Of a DNA stretch of 32,353 nt, positions 11,943 to 24,000 are shown piece by piece (position 1 is the stretch's first letter; every line of letters begins with the position of its first letter). The notes under the pieces were generated by a model. The model worked only from the letters and a program-made list of their open reading frames with translations, did no database searches and had not been told where the DNA came from. The position numbers and the translations under genes were made by a program. Source of the stretch: Welwitschia mirabilis (Eukaryota); the NCBI GenBank assembly GCA_051453625.1, contig JBOZIK010000001.1, positions 23,236,866-23,269,218 on the forward strand, read 5' to 3'.

Positions 11943-14027
11943 CATGATGTCAAATAAAAGGTTAAAAGTTCTAGAATGATAAGACAAATCTAAACATTTC
12001 TAACTATCAATAAAATGAAAGAAATATCATTTGTTTTATTAATTAAGAGTGGTATCTAAACATAAATTATAGTAAAAGTTAAGATTTATACTAAGATCAT
12101 AATGATTCATCTAATTTTAATAAAATATAATAATGAAGTCATTTTCATGCTATGATAATGTGTTATAGTTTTAAAAGTTAAGATAATCAATCCTAGAAGA
12201 GTTTAGTTCTTATCGTATTCATACATTGTGTTTCATAAGAAATAAANNNNNNNNNNNNNNNNNNNNNNNNNNNNNNNNNNNNNNNNNNNNNNNNNNNNNN
12301 NNNNNNNNNNNNNNNNNNNNNNNNNNNNNNNNNNNNNNNNNNNNNNNNNNNNNNNNNNNNNNNNNNNNNNNNNNNNNNNNNNNNNNNNNNNNNNNNNNNN
12401 NNNNNNNNNNNNNNNNNNNNNNNNNNNNNNNNNNNNNNNNNNNNNNNNNNNNNNNNNNNNNNNNNNNNNNNNNNNNNNNNNNNNNNNNNNNNNNNNNNNN
12501 NNNNNNNNNNNNNNNNNNNNNNNNNNNNNNNNNNNNNNNNNNNNNNNNNNNNNNNNNNNNNNNNNNNNNNNNNNNNNNNNNNNNNNNNNNNNNNNNNNNN
12601 NNNNNNNNNNNNNNNNNNNNNNNNNNNNNNNNNNNNNNNNNNNNNNNNNNNNNNNNNNNNNNNNNNNNNNNNNNNNNNNNNNNNNNNNNNNNNNNNNNNN
12701 NNNNNNNNNNNNNNNNNNNNNNNNNNNNNNNNNNNNNNNNNNNNNAAATAAAAGATGAGCCTATTGAGGATCTATGCCTTGAAATACTAATTGACAAGAC
12801 TAAAAAAATAAAATAAAAGCATTAAAATAAAGACTGATAGAATTGAAAGGAAGATTCCATCTTTGAAACATCAAAATATGATAAAGCACCAGAGGATAAG
12901 GGTGAACTTCATCTTGCAGTCGAGGCATTGTGAACACACGATGTGGAACAACAAAATAACCAAACCAATAAATGTTTGCTAAATTACCTAGTGTTAAAGC
13001 TATGAAACTAGAAAATTAATAACATAGACAACACCATGTTATTTCTAATAAATGAAGAAAAAGTTCAGAGACTAAAATAATTTAAAAAATCAGTTTCTTC
13101 TATGACAAAATAATAAGATGTTCTTTTCTTCTTTTCACTTTCTAAAATACTATTAACATGAAATGGTAATTTAATTATTTTGTAGTTAATAAATAATATA
13201 GATGTTTACTTCAAATGTAGAATTTTTAAAATCCATATAATACACTTTATTAGATTTGGTAATAAATGGCTTGTTAAATTAAATAAAGGAAAAATTAATA
13301 GAAACTCCAAAATTGTTTTGAATTTCCATAGTAAAATCCATGAAATAAGTTTATAACAAGCCAACAAATAGCATTTTATTTTATCTTTCTCCTTTGTATG
13401 GTAAAAACTCTATAAGCTTAAAAAAGTCAAACTACTACATTCTTATAATTCTTGTAGTACTACACTGTTTTCATCCTTTAAGCACCTTTCCGTCTACTAA
13501 GGTCATTTTAATTCTCTATAATTCCCTTCTTTATCAATGTATTTTTTATTATTTACTATTATTTCCATTCCTTCCTTATCATTTAATTCATCCTTGAACA
13601 TGAAGTAATTCTAGGAAATAATATTAAGGAAGAGTGCAAATAAGAGTATTCTATATTTATTAAAATCCATGATAATACATTTTCAAAAAAAGTACAGTGA
13701 AAGAGGCTATATAAGTATTACTCATATCGGTACTAGACATTAATAAAAATTTCATCAAAAGTATAAAGATAAATAAGTATAATGAAAATTAAGGCTTAAA
13801 TCCATGGGAAAAATGAATGTTTGGTACTATACGTGTCAAATATGTTAGCTATTATGTGNNNNNNNNNNCAAGTAATAATCTAATGGGTCTAACATGAATT
13901 GTAGGGATGTGATGATTCTTTATGATATAAGAGCATATTGGGGATACTTCATAACAATTGGTTATCATGGCATCAAACTATAGTGGATAACAGAAAAGAA
14001 ATCTAATAAAAATGAATCAAGACAATA

Positions 14028-14212
14028 AAACACCTTAGCAAGTAATTTAACAAAGCACAGTCCTATGTTACTTAGCTTAAAGGAGAGAAGAATCGAACTC
14101 TTAAGAGTAAGATGGAAAAATAAAATAAAGCACTCAATGAAACACTTCATCAACAACTCAATAAAGCACATTCTTAGGTTACTTAGCTTAAATGAAAGAT
14201 GAATCAAATCTC
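14028..14212 (+). repeat. Imperfect tandem repeat, 111 bp period
   Basis: AAAGCACA..C.TA.GTTACTTAGCTTAAA starts at 14052 and again at 14163. Confidence 0.8.
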
Positions 14213-15057
14213 TCCTAAGAAAAATAAGAAATGTAAATCACTTGATAAATCATGAAGCACCATTGAATAGCTATGTGCACAAATCAAAGAACTGCATTAA
14301 ACTCAAATCCTAGTGNNNNNNNNNNNNNNNNNNNNNNNNNNNNNNNNNNNTCCTAAAGAGAACACTACGAAAACCAATAAACTAGCTAAATTAGCTACTA
14401 AAGAAGCCACCAATGAGCCACCTGAACTAGCTTGTAAAGAATCTATTAACAAAACAAATCTTAAAGATATGATACAACACTTGCTGAAACTAGTGACATA
14501 GAATTTGTTTATATCCAATGAAATTTTTCTTTATATGTATACCTTATAAAAATCCAATTATTGCTAAAATAATAAGAAAGAAGTTACGCAGTGTATTTTT
14601 GTTTATGTTATAACTTCATTCAAGGATTAAAAAAGCACTTACATAAAATAAATGCATAGAAATGTAATAAGTCATCTTCCAGGAAAAAAAGAAGGGGGAA
14701 GTTGGGGGAGGTAACAATACGGATCACCAAAGAAATTGTTTGTTAATTTAAATAAAATAAACTAAAATAAATTATTAAATTAAGATGAAGTAACAAGAAT
14801 CATTAAACACCAAAATAATACCATAAAAAATAAAATAATATATTTGGTTTTCAGACATTACCATTTTATCATTTTTTGAAATAAAAACTAGAAGAATAAA
14901 TGGTTTTGAACATGGAAAACTCAGTAGAAGAAAGATAGATAAAATCAAAAGAAGGTAAATTAAAAGATAAAAACAAAACAAAATTTAGATGAATACAATA
15001 ATCAAAATAAAAGTCTTCAAGTGTGAAACCAAGTTAAAATTGAAGATAAGTGTTACT

Positions 15058-15461
15058 AAGTTAATAGAATTGGTATAGTAATTATTAACTTAATTAATGA
15101 AACACAAAATAATGTGGTTAATAAGTCAATTGGAGAAGAAGAAGTGTGGCAAAAAATTTGAAGTTATATAAGCCTAAGTCAAAGTCTAATGCTAGAAATA
15201 TTATTTGAAATAATGATTAATCATTCATTACTAATTAGTTAATTTTATATATTAAACATTTTTTGTACTATAAAGTTTGAATTTTCCTTATTTACTTCTC
15301 CCTTTTATTACTCATAAGACAACCTGAAGCTTTATCATTTGACTGAAACATATTAAAAAATACTTCCACATTTATTCCCTAGCTAGTATCAAAATATAAC
15401 ATTGGGGAATTCTTTATCTAAATCCTAACATATTATCAGAGTAGTCTTACTTCAAATTCTA
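15058..15461. repeat. Dispersed direct repeat, copy 2
   Basis: Same orientation as, and colinear with, 11400-11942. Confidence 0.85.
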
Positions 15462-15499
15462 AGAGATCACCCCATTCCCTCCCTCTTCCGTCTAACTAG

Positions 15500-17320
15500 A
15501 TGGACATAAATAGCTATTAAATAAGAGATTTACAAAGGAAGAAGTCTGATAATCTCTATTTTCAATTAAAATTGGAAAATTCCCAAGATCTAATAGATTC
15601 ATAATAAAGTATATTGGAACATCATTGAGAATAAATATGCATTGTGCAATGTGAATTTATTAAAAGGACAAGTTTCCTCATATTCTATATGATTCTTTCA
15701 TATGTTTTCTTTCAACAAAACCATATGTTATATTTACTTCTAATTATTTTCTCATTAGCTTCTATAATGTTATATCAAAAATCCATTTTAATATTTTAGT
15801 AAGCCACTTAACATAGATTATTTTAGATAATATTAATGAAAACTAATTAAAATTCATAATAAACATAGTAATTCATGATAATATCATCTTAACAAATGAG
15901 ATTTCAAAAGAATATCATAAAGAATGAAATTGTTAATGTTTTTGAAATTATATATTACAAAGACTTTTGATTCATTATAATGTATACCATCTCTTTTATC
16001 TAAAAGAAAGAGAATTCAAGAAATCACTAATTACATTCATTAAATTTTTAACATAAATAGTTCATTTTTCACTAATTGTTAATGAAAAGCATCATGCATA
16101 CTGCCAACCAAAACTATAATTAAGGTAAGGGGATCCATTTTAATCTCTTTTATTTTTTAAATTGATGGATTTACTTCCCCATCTTCTGTGAGAATTTAAT
16201 ATTAAAGATTCATCCTTTGACCCCTCAGATCCCATATTATAATTTGCAAATGATACTTTGTTACAACATAATTCTAATGTAGATATAATGTAAGTTAAAA
16301 GTCCTTCTTAAAATTTTCTATTTATTTTATAAGCTAAAAATTAACTAAAATAAATTAAAAAATGTATTTTATAGGTATTAACTTAATTAGCCATAACAGA
16401 GTCCTTCCTTTTCTCTAACGTATTACAAGTTCATTCCCAGAATAATACTTAGAAGTCATAGTTAATAAATACAATAATAAAAATAAAATCTGAATAGAGG
16501 TAATTAATAAAATAAGATAAAAAATTCATAAATAGTAAAATATCTTTCTAAATAATATTCAAAATATTATTCTAGTAAAATCTTGTATTAGCTTAATGAA
16601 AATTGATGTGACATCTTCTTTCCAATCATACTTAAAAAAATAGATTTCATTGTTCAAAATGTTGTTTGGTTAGCATGTAAGTCACATAAAAGGCTCCATT
16701 TAGAAAACTTAAAAATGATAACTAAACCATGTTTAGTTGGAATATTATGCATTAGATTAATTTTAGATACTAATAAATGTAAACTAATAATTCTAGCTTG
16801 TAAATATTAGCATGAATTAGAAGACACCATGGGGAAGCTTCCACAAATAAATATAAGGCAAAGTGATTTACACTAAATATCTTACATTTGAAAAGAAACT
16901 TATAAATAAGCCAAAATATTATGTCCATCCCTAATTTAGCTACTTATTTTTTTAAGATATTAGTTACCATAAACAAATGGTAAAGTCATCATTTAGATAC
17001 TATGACTTAAACTATTAAAACATCACAATAAAGGAAATTAATTATGTAATCTTAAAATTATTTACAAAAAAACTTTTATGATGCTTCAGACAAGTTAAAA
17101 ACTCTTAACACATTGCATTATACATTTATTACATTAATTTTTTAATAGATTGTTAATTTTTTAAAGAGGACAAAAATTTCTCAATGTTTATTTTTCACCT
17201 ATAAATTTATTCAATAACTCTAACAACACCTAAGTATAAACATATAATATTCCTCTTATGAAAATGTTTTTCATCTCCTAAAAACCCAAAGGAATACACA
17301 GTCCATAACCCTATAGAATA
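15500..17320 (+). mobile_element. Degenerate L1-type LINE RT region (RQGDPLS type)
   Basis: LLNKRFTKEEV**SLFSIKIGKFPRSNRF (~15514-15600, FTxEEI..KAPGPDGF), YWNII, NINEN*LKFI..IHDNIILTNEI (~15830-15903), LR*GDP (~16120), FANDTLL (~16243, FADDT), KIDFIVQNVVW (~16637). The 3' boundary is uncertain. Confidence 0.8.
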
Positions 17321-17841
17321 TATGAAAACTTTAAAGTTAATTCCTATTCAAAAATTAAATTAAAAAAAATTCTTCTCTCCCTCATCCACTTCTATCTAAT
17401 CATGTTCTATTTGCTCATTTCCTTTAAAATCCTAATACTTTATTAAAATCTACCTTTCTCTTTTCTCCCATTCCTCATTCTTATAGCTTTTAAAGCTTCT
17501 TGCCTTACTAGATTTAACTAAAAATTGGTTCCTCTACCTCATGGAATACATAGGTTAATGTCATATCACTTGCATCACCCCCATGATTCTTAACCATGTC
17601 ATCACTATTCACTATAAATTCTTTTCGTCTACCTTTATAGCTCTACGTTTTCACTATATACTTGACATCTACTGAAGGTGAACATCTTTGCACCTTATGT
17701 CAACATCATACCTACCTTTCATATCATTATCACTTTAGAGCCACTCTCAACCATTAATGTTTCCATAGTCATAGTCATAGACATTTTACATAGAATGATC
17801 TTAAAGTGAAAAACACTTCCACAATGAAGCTATAGTGCATA

Positions 17842-18087
17842 ATAATTAAGCTTATAGTTTGTTTGTGGTTGTAAGATGGAAATAATTTATGAAAAGCCTT
17901 AAGGAACATGATTACAGAGTCTTTGAAGAGCTTATCATCAACTGGGATGGATATGACATAGTTACATCTAATCCAAAAGCCTTAAGGAACACGAATATAG
18001 AGTCTTTGAATAATTAAGATTAGAGTTTGTTTGTGGTTATAAGATGGGAATAGATGGTAATAGAGATAATTACATCTAATCCAAAAG
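17842..18087. repeat. Mosaic of short local duplications (order A-B-C-B-A-C)
   Basis: A=ATAATTAAG.TTA.AGTTTGTTTGTGGTT.TAAGATGG (~17842, ~18010); B=AAAAGCCTTAAGGAACA....A.AGAGTCTTTGAA (~17892, ~17975); C=TTACATCTAATCCAAAAG (~17962, ~18070). Confidence 0.85.
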
Positions 18088-20599
18088 GATATTAAATCAA
18101 AAGTTTTATGAAGCTTAAAAATTTTAAAGATAGTTTCTATCATCTAATTAGTGTAATATTAGAAAACTTTGGATACTACTTTAGATATGGAATTCTAAAG
18201 CCCTACAAATAATGGTGCATCCTCCTATAAAAATACTTTACATTAACATACCAATTTGACAAATTTAACAAACTCCATAGTTATTTTTTGATATTCATAA
18301 CTAGTCAGTTCCATAAAAATTCCCTTTCTTTTTAAATAACTCTTTTAATAATGTTATCAAGAAGGCAAGATTATGTATGAATTGTATTTGGCTTCTTTAT
18401 AATTAATTGTAATTAAAAAAACAAAATTGCAAACTGAGATTCAATCTTAAATAGGAATCCTAGATGATTACATTTAAAAAACCCTACTTTGGGGCCCACC
18501 ATTTGATAGTGATAAATAAGAAGGATGATAATAATGTCAACACACTAATGAGCATAACAAGGAAAAAGAACTTATTGATGATGAAAGTTATCCTTTTTAA
18601 GTTCATCTAATCATCCTAATTTTCTTGATTTAAAATTTTAGAAGGATTTAATCTTTATTTCTCACCCCTTTTCTCACTTGGAGGAGTTAATTAAATGAAT
18701 CTTCCATCACAATTTTATAAAACTAGATGTAAATGTAAAGCATCAAATCTAATAATCATATTATTACTAAAAGGCTATTAAGGCTAATCTCATACCCTTT
18801 CTTATTTTTCTATTAGCACAATGTTTCTATTTTACATGTATAATTTGAATTTTCTAAGTTAATATAAAGGTTTCTCTATCTTTAAAACAAAATAACTTTA
18901 TAATAAGAAGAAACTAAATATTAGTTCTAGTGTTAAAAAGATAGAGAAGATACATAATATGAAATCCTTATAACATATATAATATTTGGATAAAAATTGT
19001 TANNNNNNNNNNNNNNNNNNNNNNNNNNNNNNNNNNNNNNNNNNNNNNNNNNNNNNNNNNNNNNNNNNNNNNNNNNNNNNNNNNNNNNNNNNNNNNNNNN
19101 NNNNNNNNNNNNNNNNNNNNNNNNNNNNNNNNNNNNNNNNNNNNNNNNNNNNNNNNNNNNNNNNNNNNNNNNNNNNNNNNNNNNNNNNNNNNNNNNNNNN
19201 NNNNNNNNNNNNNNNNNNNNNNNNNNNNNNNNNNNNNNNNNNNNNNNNNNNNNNNNNNNNNNNNNNNNNNNNNNNNNNNNNNNNNNNNNNNNNNNNNNNN
19301 NNNNNNNNNNNNNNNNNNNNNNNNNNNNNNNNNNNNNNNNNNNNNNNNNNNNCTTTTAAATAAATGCCCCTTAATTATAAAGGTCCTTCACATCTAGCTT
19401 GAGTAGTCGTTGAAATATCCTTAAACCTATGGACCAAGTCCATAGGTCATGTATTTAATACCCAAGTATTAGCATGTGTTATCTAATTACTATTCTCAAA
19501 AGTTAAGATAATTGCTTCTATTATTGTAAGGCCATTATATTTTAGTGCTTTGTGAAAAGTTATATAAGAGGTTAAGAGTTCAATGAATCTCTAAAAAATA
19601 AGAAGATAAGAAAGAATTCTACCTAGTAAGAAACTATATCAAAGATAATAAATTTAGTTTTTTTGAATTTCATGTGTTGTGTGGTGAAAATTGAAGGGTT
19701 GGGGGTAATGATAGATTAACATGAACATACTAATAATTTTAAAGATATAATTAGAGATGATTATAATGAANNNNNNNNNNNNNNNNNNNNNNNNNNNNNN
19801 NNNNNNNNNNNNNNNNNNNNNNNNNNNNNNNNNNNNNGTATAGTTGTGGTTTCTCAAAATGATGACAAAAACTTTATTTATAAAATTTCAAAGTTACTAG
19901 AAGCAAAAAATGATGTTAAAGAAACAACCTAATTTAGATGCATACAAGAGAGATCATAAAGGAGATAGACCTAATCATATCATCATCAAATTAAAATATG
20001 CATGAGTAAGAGAAAAAGATTTGGATAATCAAGGAAATCTTAAAGGAAGAAAAAAATTTAGATAAACAAAGAGCTTATGTAGAGGAAGCTTGTTTAAGGT
20101 TATCTTTTACAAATAAAAACTAGGCCGCTCATTATAGAAAGAACCAAGTGTCATTTTCTCCTCAAGGATAATTTGTGATAGAAAATAGTAAACAACACAC
20201 TTCTAAACTAGCAAAAATATTTAATAAAAATTTTAACTTCAAAATGAAAATGAAGAATAAATTCAATAAACAAGAGCTTGGAAATGGACATAGCACTCAA
20301 AGACTAACTTAAATGTTTCAACGAAATGAAAGAATTCCATTATAAGATATATTGTGAGTTTCCTTTGAATCCCAAAATATGCCAATTTCTTTATAGCTAA
20401 AATCATGATCATTCACCACATGAGTAGTAATGAGATCCTTCTATTACTTTGGTCCATCATAGCCTGTTTATAAGCATGATAAGTAGGAAACATATCCCAA
20501 CAACCCTCCATTAAAATCAAAGCACAAACTAGAATATGGACAAGAAGGATTCACTCAGAGATATAAATAACTTGATAATATCAAATATTTAAATATGAA

Positions 20600-21012
20600 C
20601 TAAATCACAATTAAAAATTAAGAGATCAAGACTACTATATTTATTATCAAAAAGGATCTATGCATTGCATCAATGAATACAAATTCAAGATTGGAAGAAA
20701 AACATCAAGATATCCTCAAGTATAGACCATTCCCAAAGATTGGAGGTTAGAAACATGATAAAAGAGTTCTTCCTCAAGAATGATTACTCTGATATGACAA
20801 AATATTAATACAAAGTAGGATGCTTAGCCCTTTTTATAGTGAAGGCTAGGATTGGGGTAGTTGGAACTCTTTATCTTATAATGATTAGTAAAGTAATTAA
20901 GGTTCATCGTCTTATATCATTTGGTGGAGTAGTTAAAATATTCATCTTATAGTATTTGTTAGGGATTGTCATAAAGAGTTTAACATGTGGCATTTAGAGT
21001 AATCTTCCTACA
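20600..21012 (-). mobile_element. Possible solo LTR
   Basis: Minus strand begins TGTAGGAAG at 21012 and has a TATA-like CTATAAAAAGGG (~20839). No partner LTR or TSD identified. Confidence 0.25.
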
Positions 21013-24000
21013 TCAACCGATGCTGCCATCACTTGTTTGTACTGCCACTATAATTTTTTTGTAGCATTGGGTCCATCTTTAGGCATGTACTCCAAAATGT
21101 GGCTAAAGATAGGAGAACATCATGAAGAAAAGCATAAAATTATGTGTGGCATAAAAAAGGATAAAAGATATAATTTTAGATTTTTACAATTAAATTAATG
21201 TCTTTACTTATAATAAATTAGCCTAAAATATTTGATGTAAATGTCAATTTTTACATGTTAATAAAGCTTATCAAACATTAAAAAAGAGGGAAAAAAATCA
21301 AAGTGTAGAAAAAAGTAAAACAAGTTAGAGCAAAATGACAAATTACTAATTTAAATGCAAAGTAAATGAAAGTTGCTAAAGATCAAACAAAATAAGGTCT
21401 TCAACCATTCCATTATGGATTTTTAAATATTGATGAGTTTTTAGTGGTTAGTATTTATGGAATTTATTTATTTAATATATTTGATATTTTGAACATGCAA
21501 AGGATTTAAAGGATGAAGGACATCATATTTATTAATTCCTAGTTTTAATGTTTCTTTTGTTATTAGGAAAAGAAAAGAAGTAGTAGGTAGAGCATTTAGA
21601 GGTTTGACTACTTTAATTTAAAAAAACTTAAGCAAATGAATTCAAATTAAAAACATAGATGATAAGACCCAAAATGTTTAATGTAAAATCTCATAACGAA
21701 AAGTCACTTTGTATCTAGCTTTTTGTTATTTTTTTCTAAAAGAAAATACTCTATATAATAAATTATTCTTTCTATGAAACTATCATTTCAATATTTAGGT
21801 ATAGATATTGATAATTTTGAAAAAGGAAAAATATTTATAAATAAATATTCTAATGCCAAAATTATTTTTAATTAGGTTTAGATTATCAACTAGAACTCTG
21901 GAGAATTCTTAAAATGTAAAAAATAAGATTGAATGGGATAGATCTTTTCAAGACAAACAATTGATCTGCATGAAAGAATAATTGCTAGAATAAATACAAG
22001 AATTATATCTTCTTATTTCAAATGAAATGAAAAAATTTTCAAACTCTAATGCTTTGATATTGGTAGGTCCTTAATGAATGTTCAAGGATGATCTTTCCTA
22101 TTTTTTTTAATCTCTTAATTTTTCAAAAATCACCAACTTTGAGAATCTAATTTAACATTTTAAAGTAGGTAAAATTTAGTTAAATCTTCCCATCAACCTT
22201 TTCATTTTATCATTTTAATGTGTTTTCACCCCTATCAATATCAAAAAATAAATTATCATGTAGAATAATAAGAAAAGCAAAGAAAGATTTCAATTTGAGA
22301 TTTAAAAGAATGGGATCTTTTAGTGAATATTTTAGAAAGTTTTATTAGTTTTTCAACAAATATCTAGAGGGTAAAATAAATACAATGATTTAGTGATGAA
22401 TACAAAAAAGCTAGAAGGATTTTTAATTTTTAAGAAAAGTTCATGGAAAAAAAGTAAATCTTGTAAGAATTTGCTATGTAANNNNNNNNNNNNNNNNNNN
22501 NNNNNNNNNNNNNNNNNNNNNNNNNNNNNNNNNNNNNNNNNNNNNNNNNNNNNNNNNNNNNNNNNNNNNNNNNNNNNNNNNNNNNNNNNNNNNNNNNNNN
22601 NNNNNNNNNNNNNNNNNNNNNNNNNNNNNNNNNNNNNNNNNNNNNNNNNNNNNNNNNNNNNNNNNNNNNNNNNNNNNNNNNNNNNNNNNNNNNNNNNNNN
22701 NNNNNNNNNNNNNNNNNNNNNNNNNNNNNNNNNNNNNNNNNNNNNNNNNNNNNNNNNNNNNNNNNNNNNNNNNNNNNNNNNNNNNNNNNNNNNNNNNNNN
22801 NNNNNNNNNNNNNNNNNNNNNNNNNNNNNNNNNNNNNNNNNNNNNNNNNNNNNNNNNNNNNNNNNNNNNNNNNNNNNNNNNNNNNNNNNNNNNNNNNNNN
22901 NNNNNNNNNNNNNNNNNNNNNNNNNNNNNNNNNNNNNNNNNNNNNNNNNNNNNNNNNNNNNNNNNNNNNNNNNNNNNNNNNNNNNNNNNNNNNNNNNNNN
23001 NNNNNNNNNNNNNNNNNNNNNNNNNNNNNNNNNNNNNNNNNNNNNNNNNNNNNNNNNNNNNNNNNNNNNNNNNNNNNNNNNNNNTTAGAGAGGAATTAAG
23101 AAATATTTGGAAGTTTCTTTGAAATATATAAAAAATATAATACAATTTCTTTGTAAGATATCTAAAACATTATGAAGTCTCATTGAATCCAAATGCTAGA
23201 TTCAAGTGAAATGATAAATGTAGAAGGCTTATACGAAGAAATGTTAAAGTATGGTTAATTTCTTATTTAGGAAGAAACATGAAAGAATTTCAATTATGCT
23301 TTAAAATTTGGGTTAAAAAAATAATGATTGCTTAACAAGGTTACTATGTTAATTAAGAAGAAAAATAAATCAGTTTTAAATAATTAAAAACTACTTGTAA
23401 TCAATAATCATTTCATAAGAGTCTTGCAAATTTTCCTTGAAGTAAATTCATGCGATGTCTCAAACATGTTTTTGGATTCTGTTAGTGCTTATATTATCAT
23501 CTTAAAACATCTTATCAACAAAGTTAAAACTCCAAATTAAAAAGCATTCATTTACTTTAAGGACTTCTTTAAATCATTTTATCTAATCATTGGAATAAAA
23601 TTNNNNNNNNGCTATAGAATGTCGAAACTCCAATGACTTTATTATTTACAATTTGTAGGTTTTATATGTTGTTATTTTTAATTAGTATGTAGGATCTTTA
23701 CATGAGTTTACATTTTAAAGAAAAGAAACATGAATGAAAAGAATTTAATAATAGTAAAGTAATCAATTAAATAGTCAATATAGTACGTATATTATAAAAT
23801 ATGATTTTTTTTACTTAATTATATAGCTCTTTAGGTGATTCTTCATATTAGAGTTGCAAACTTTGGTAAATACATTTAAATAGTTTGATTAGTTATAATG
23901 ATATTAAACTTAATTTCATATACAAAACAAGTAGTTTCATGTTTAGATTTATGAATTAGTTAATTATTGCTTATTAAGTTAATTTTGTTTATGGGATAAT

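Noticed and set aside
17842..18087. Repeat-spacer-like pattern suggesting a CRISPR array
   Set aside because: Only two copies of each block, irregular order, no constant spacer length, no cas genes, and a eukaryotic TE context.
21400..23580. Possible DNA-transposon (hAT/Mutator) or viral coding remnants
   Set aside because: No diagnostic motif or terminal inverted repeat could be read with confidence.
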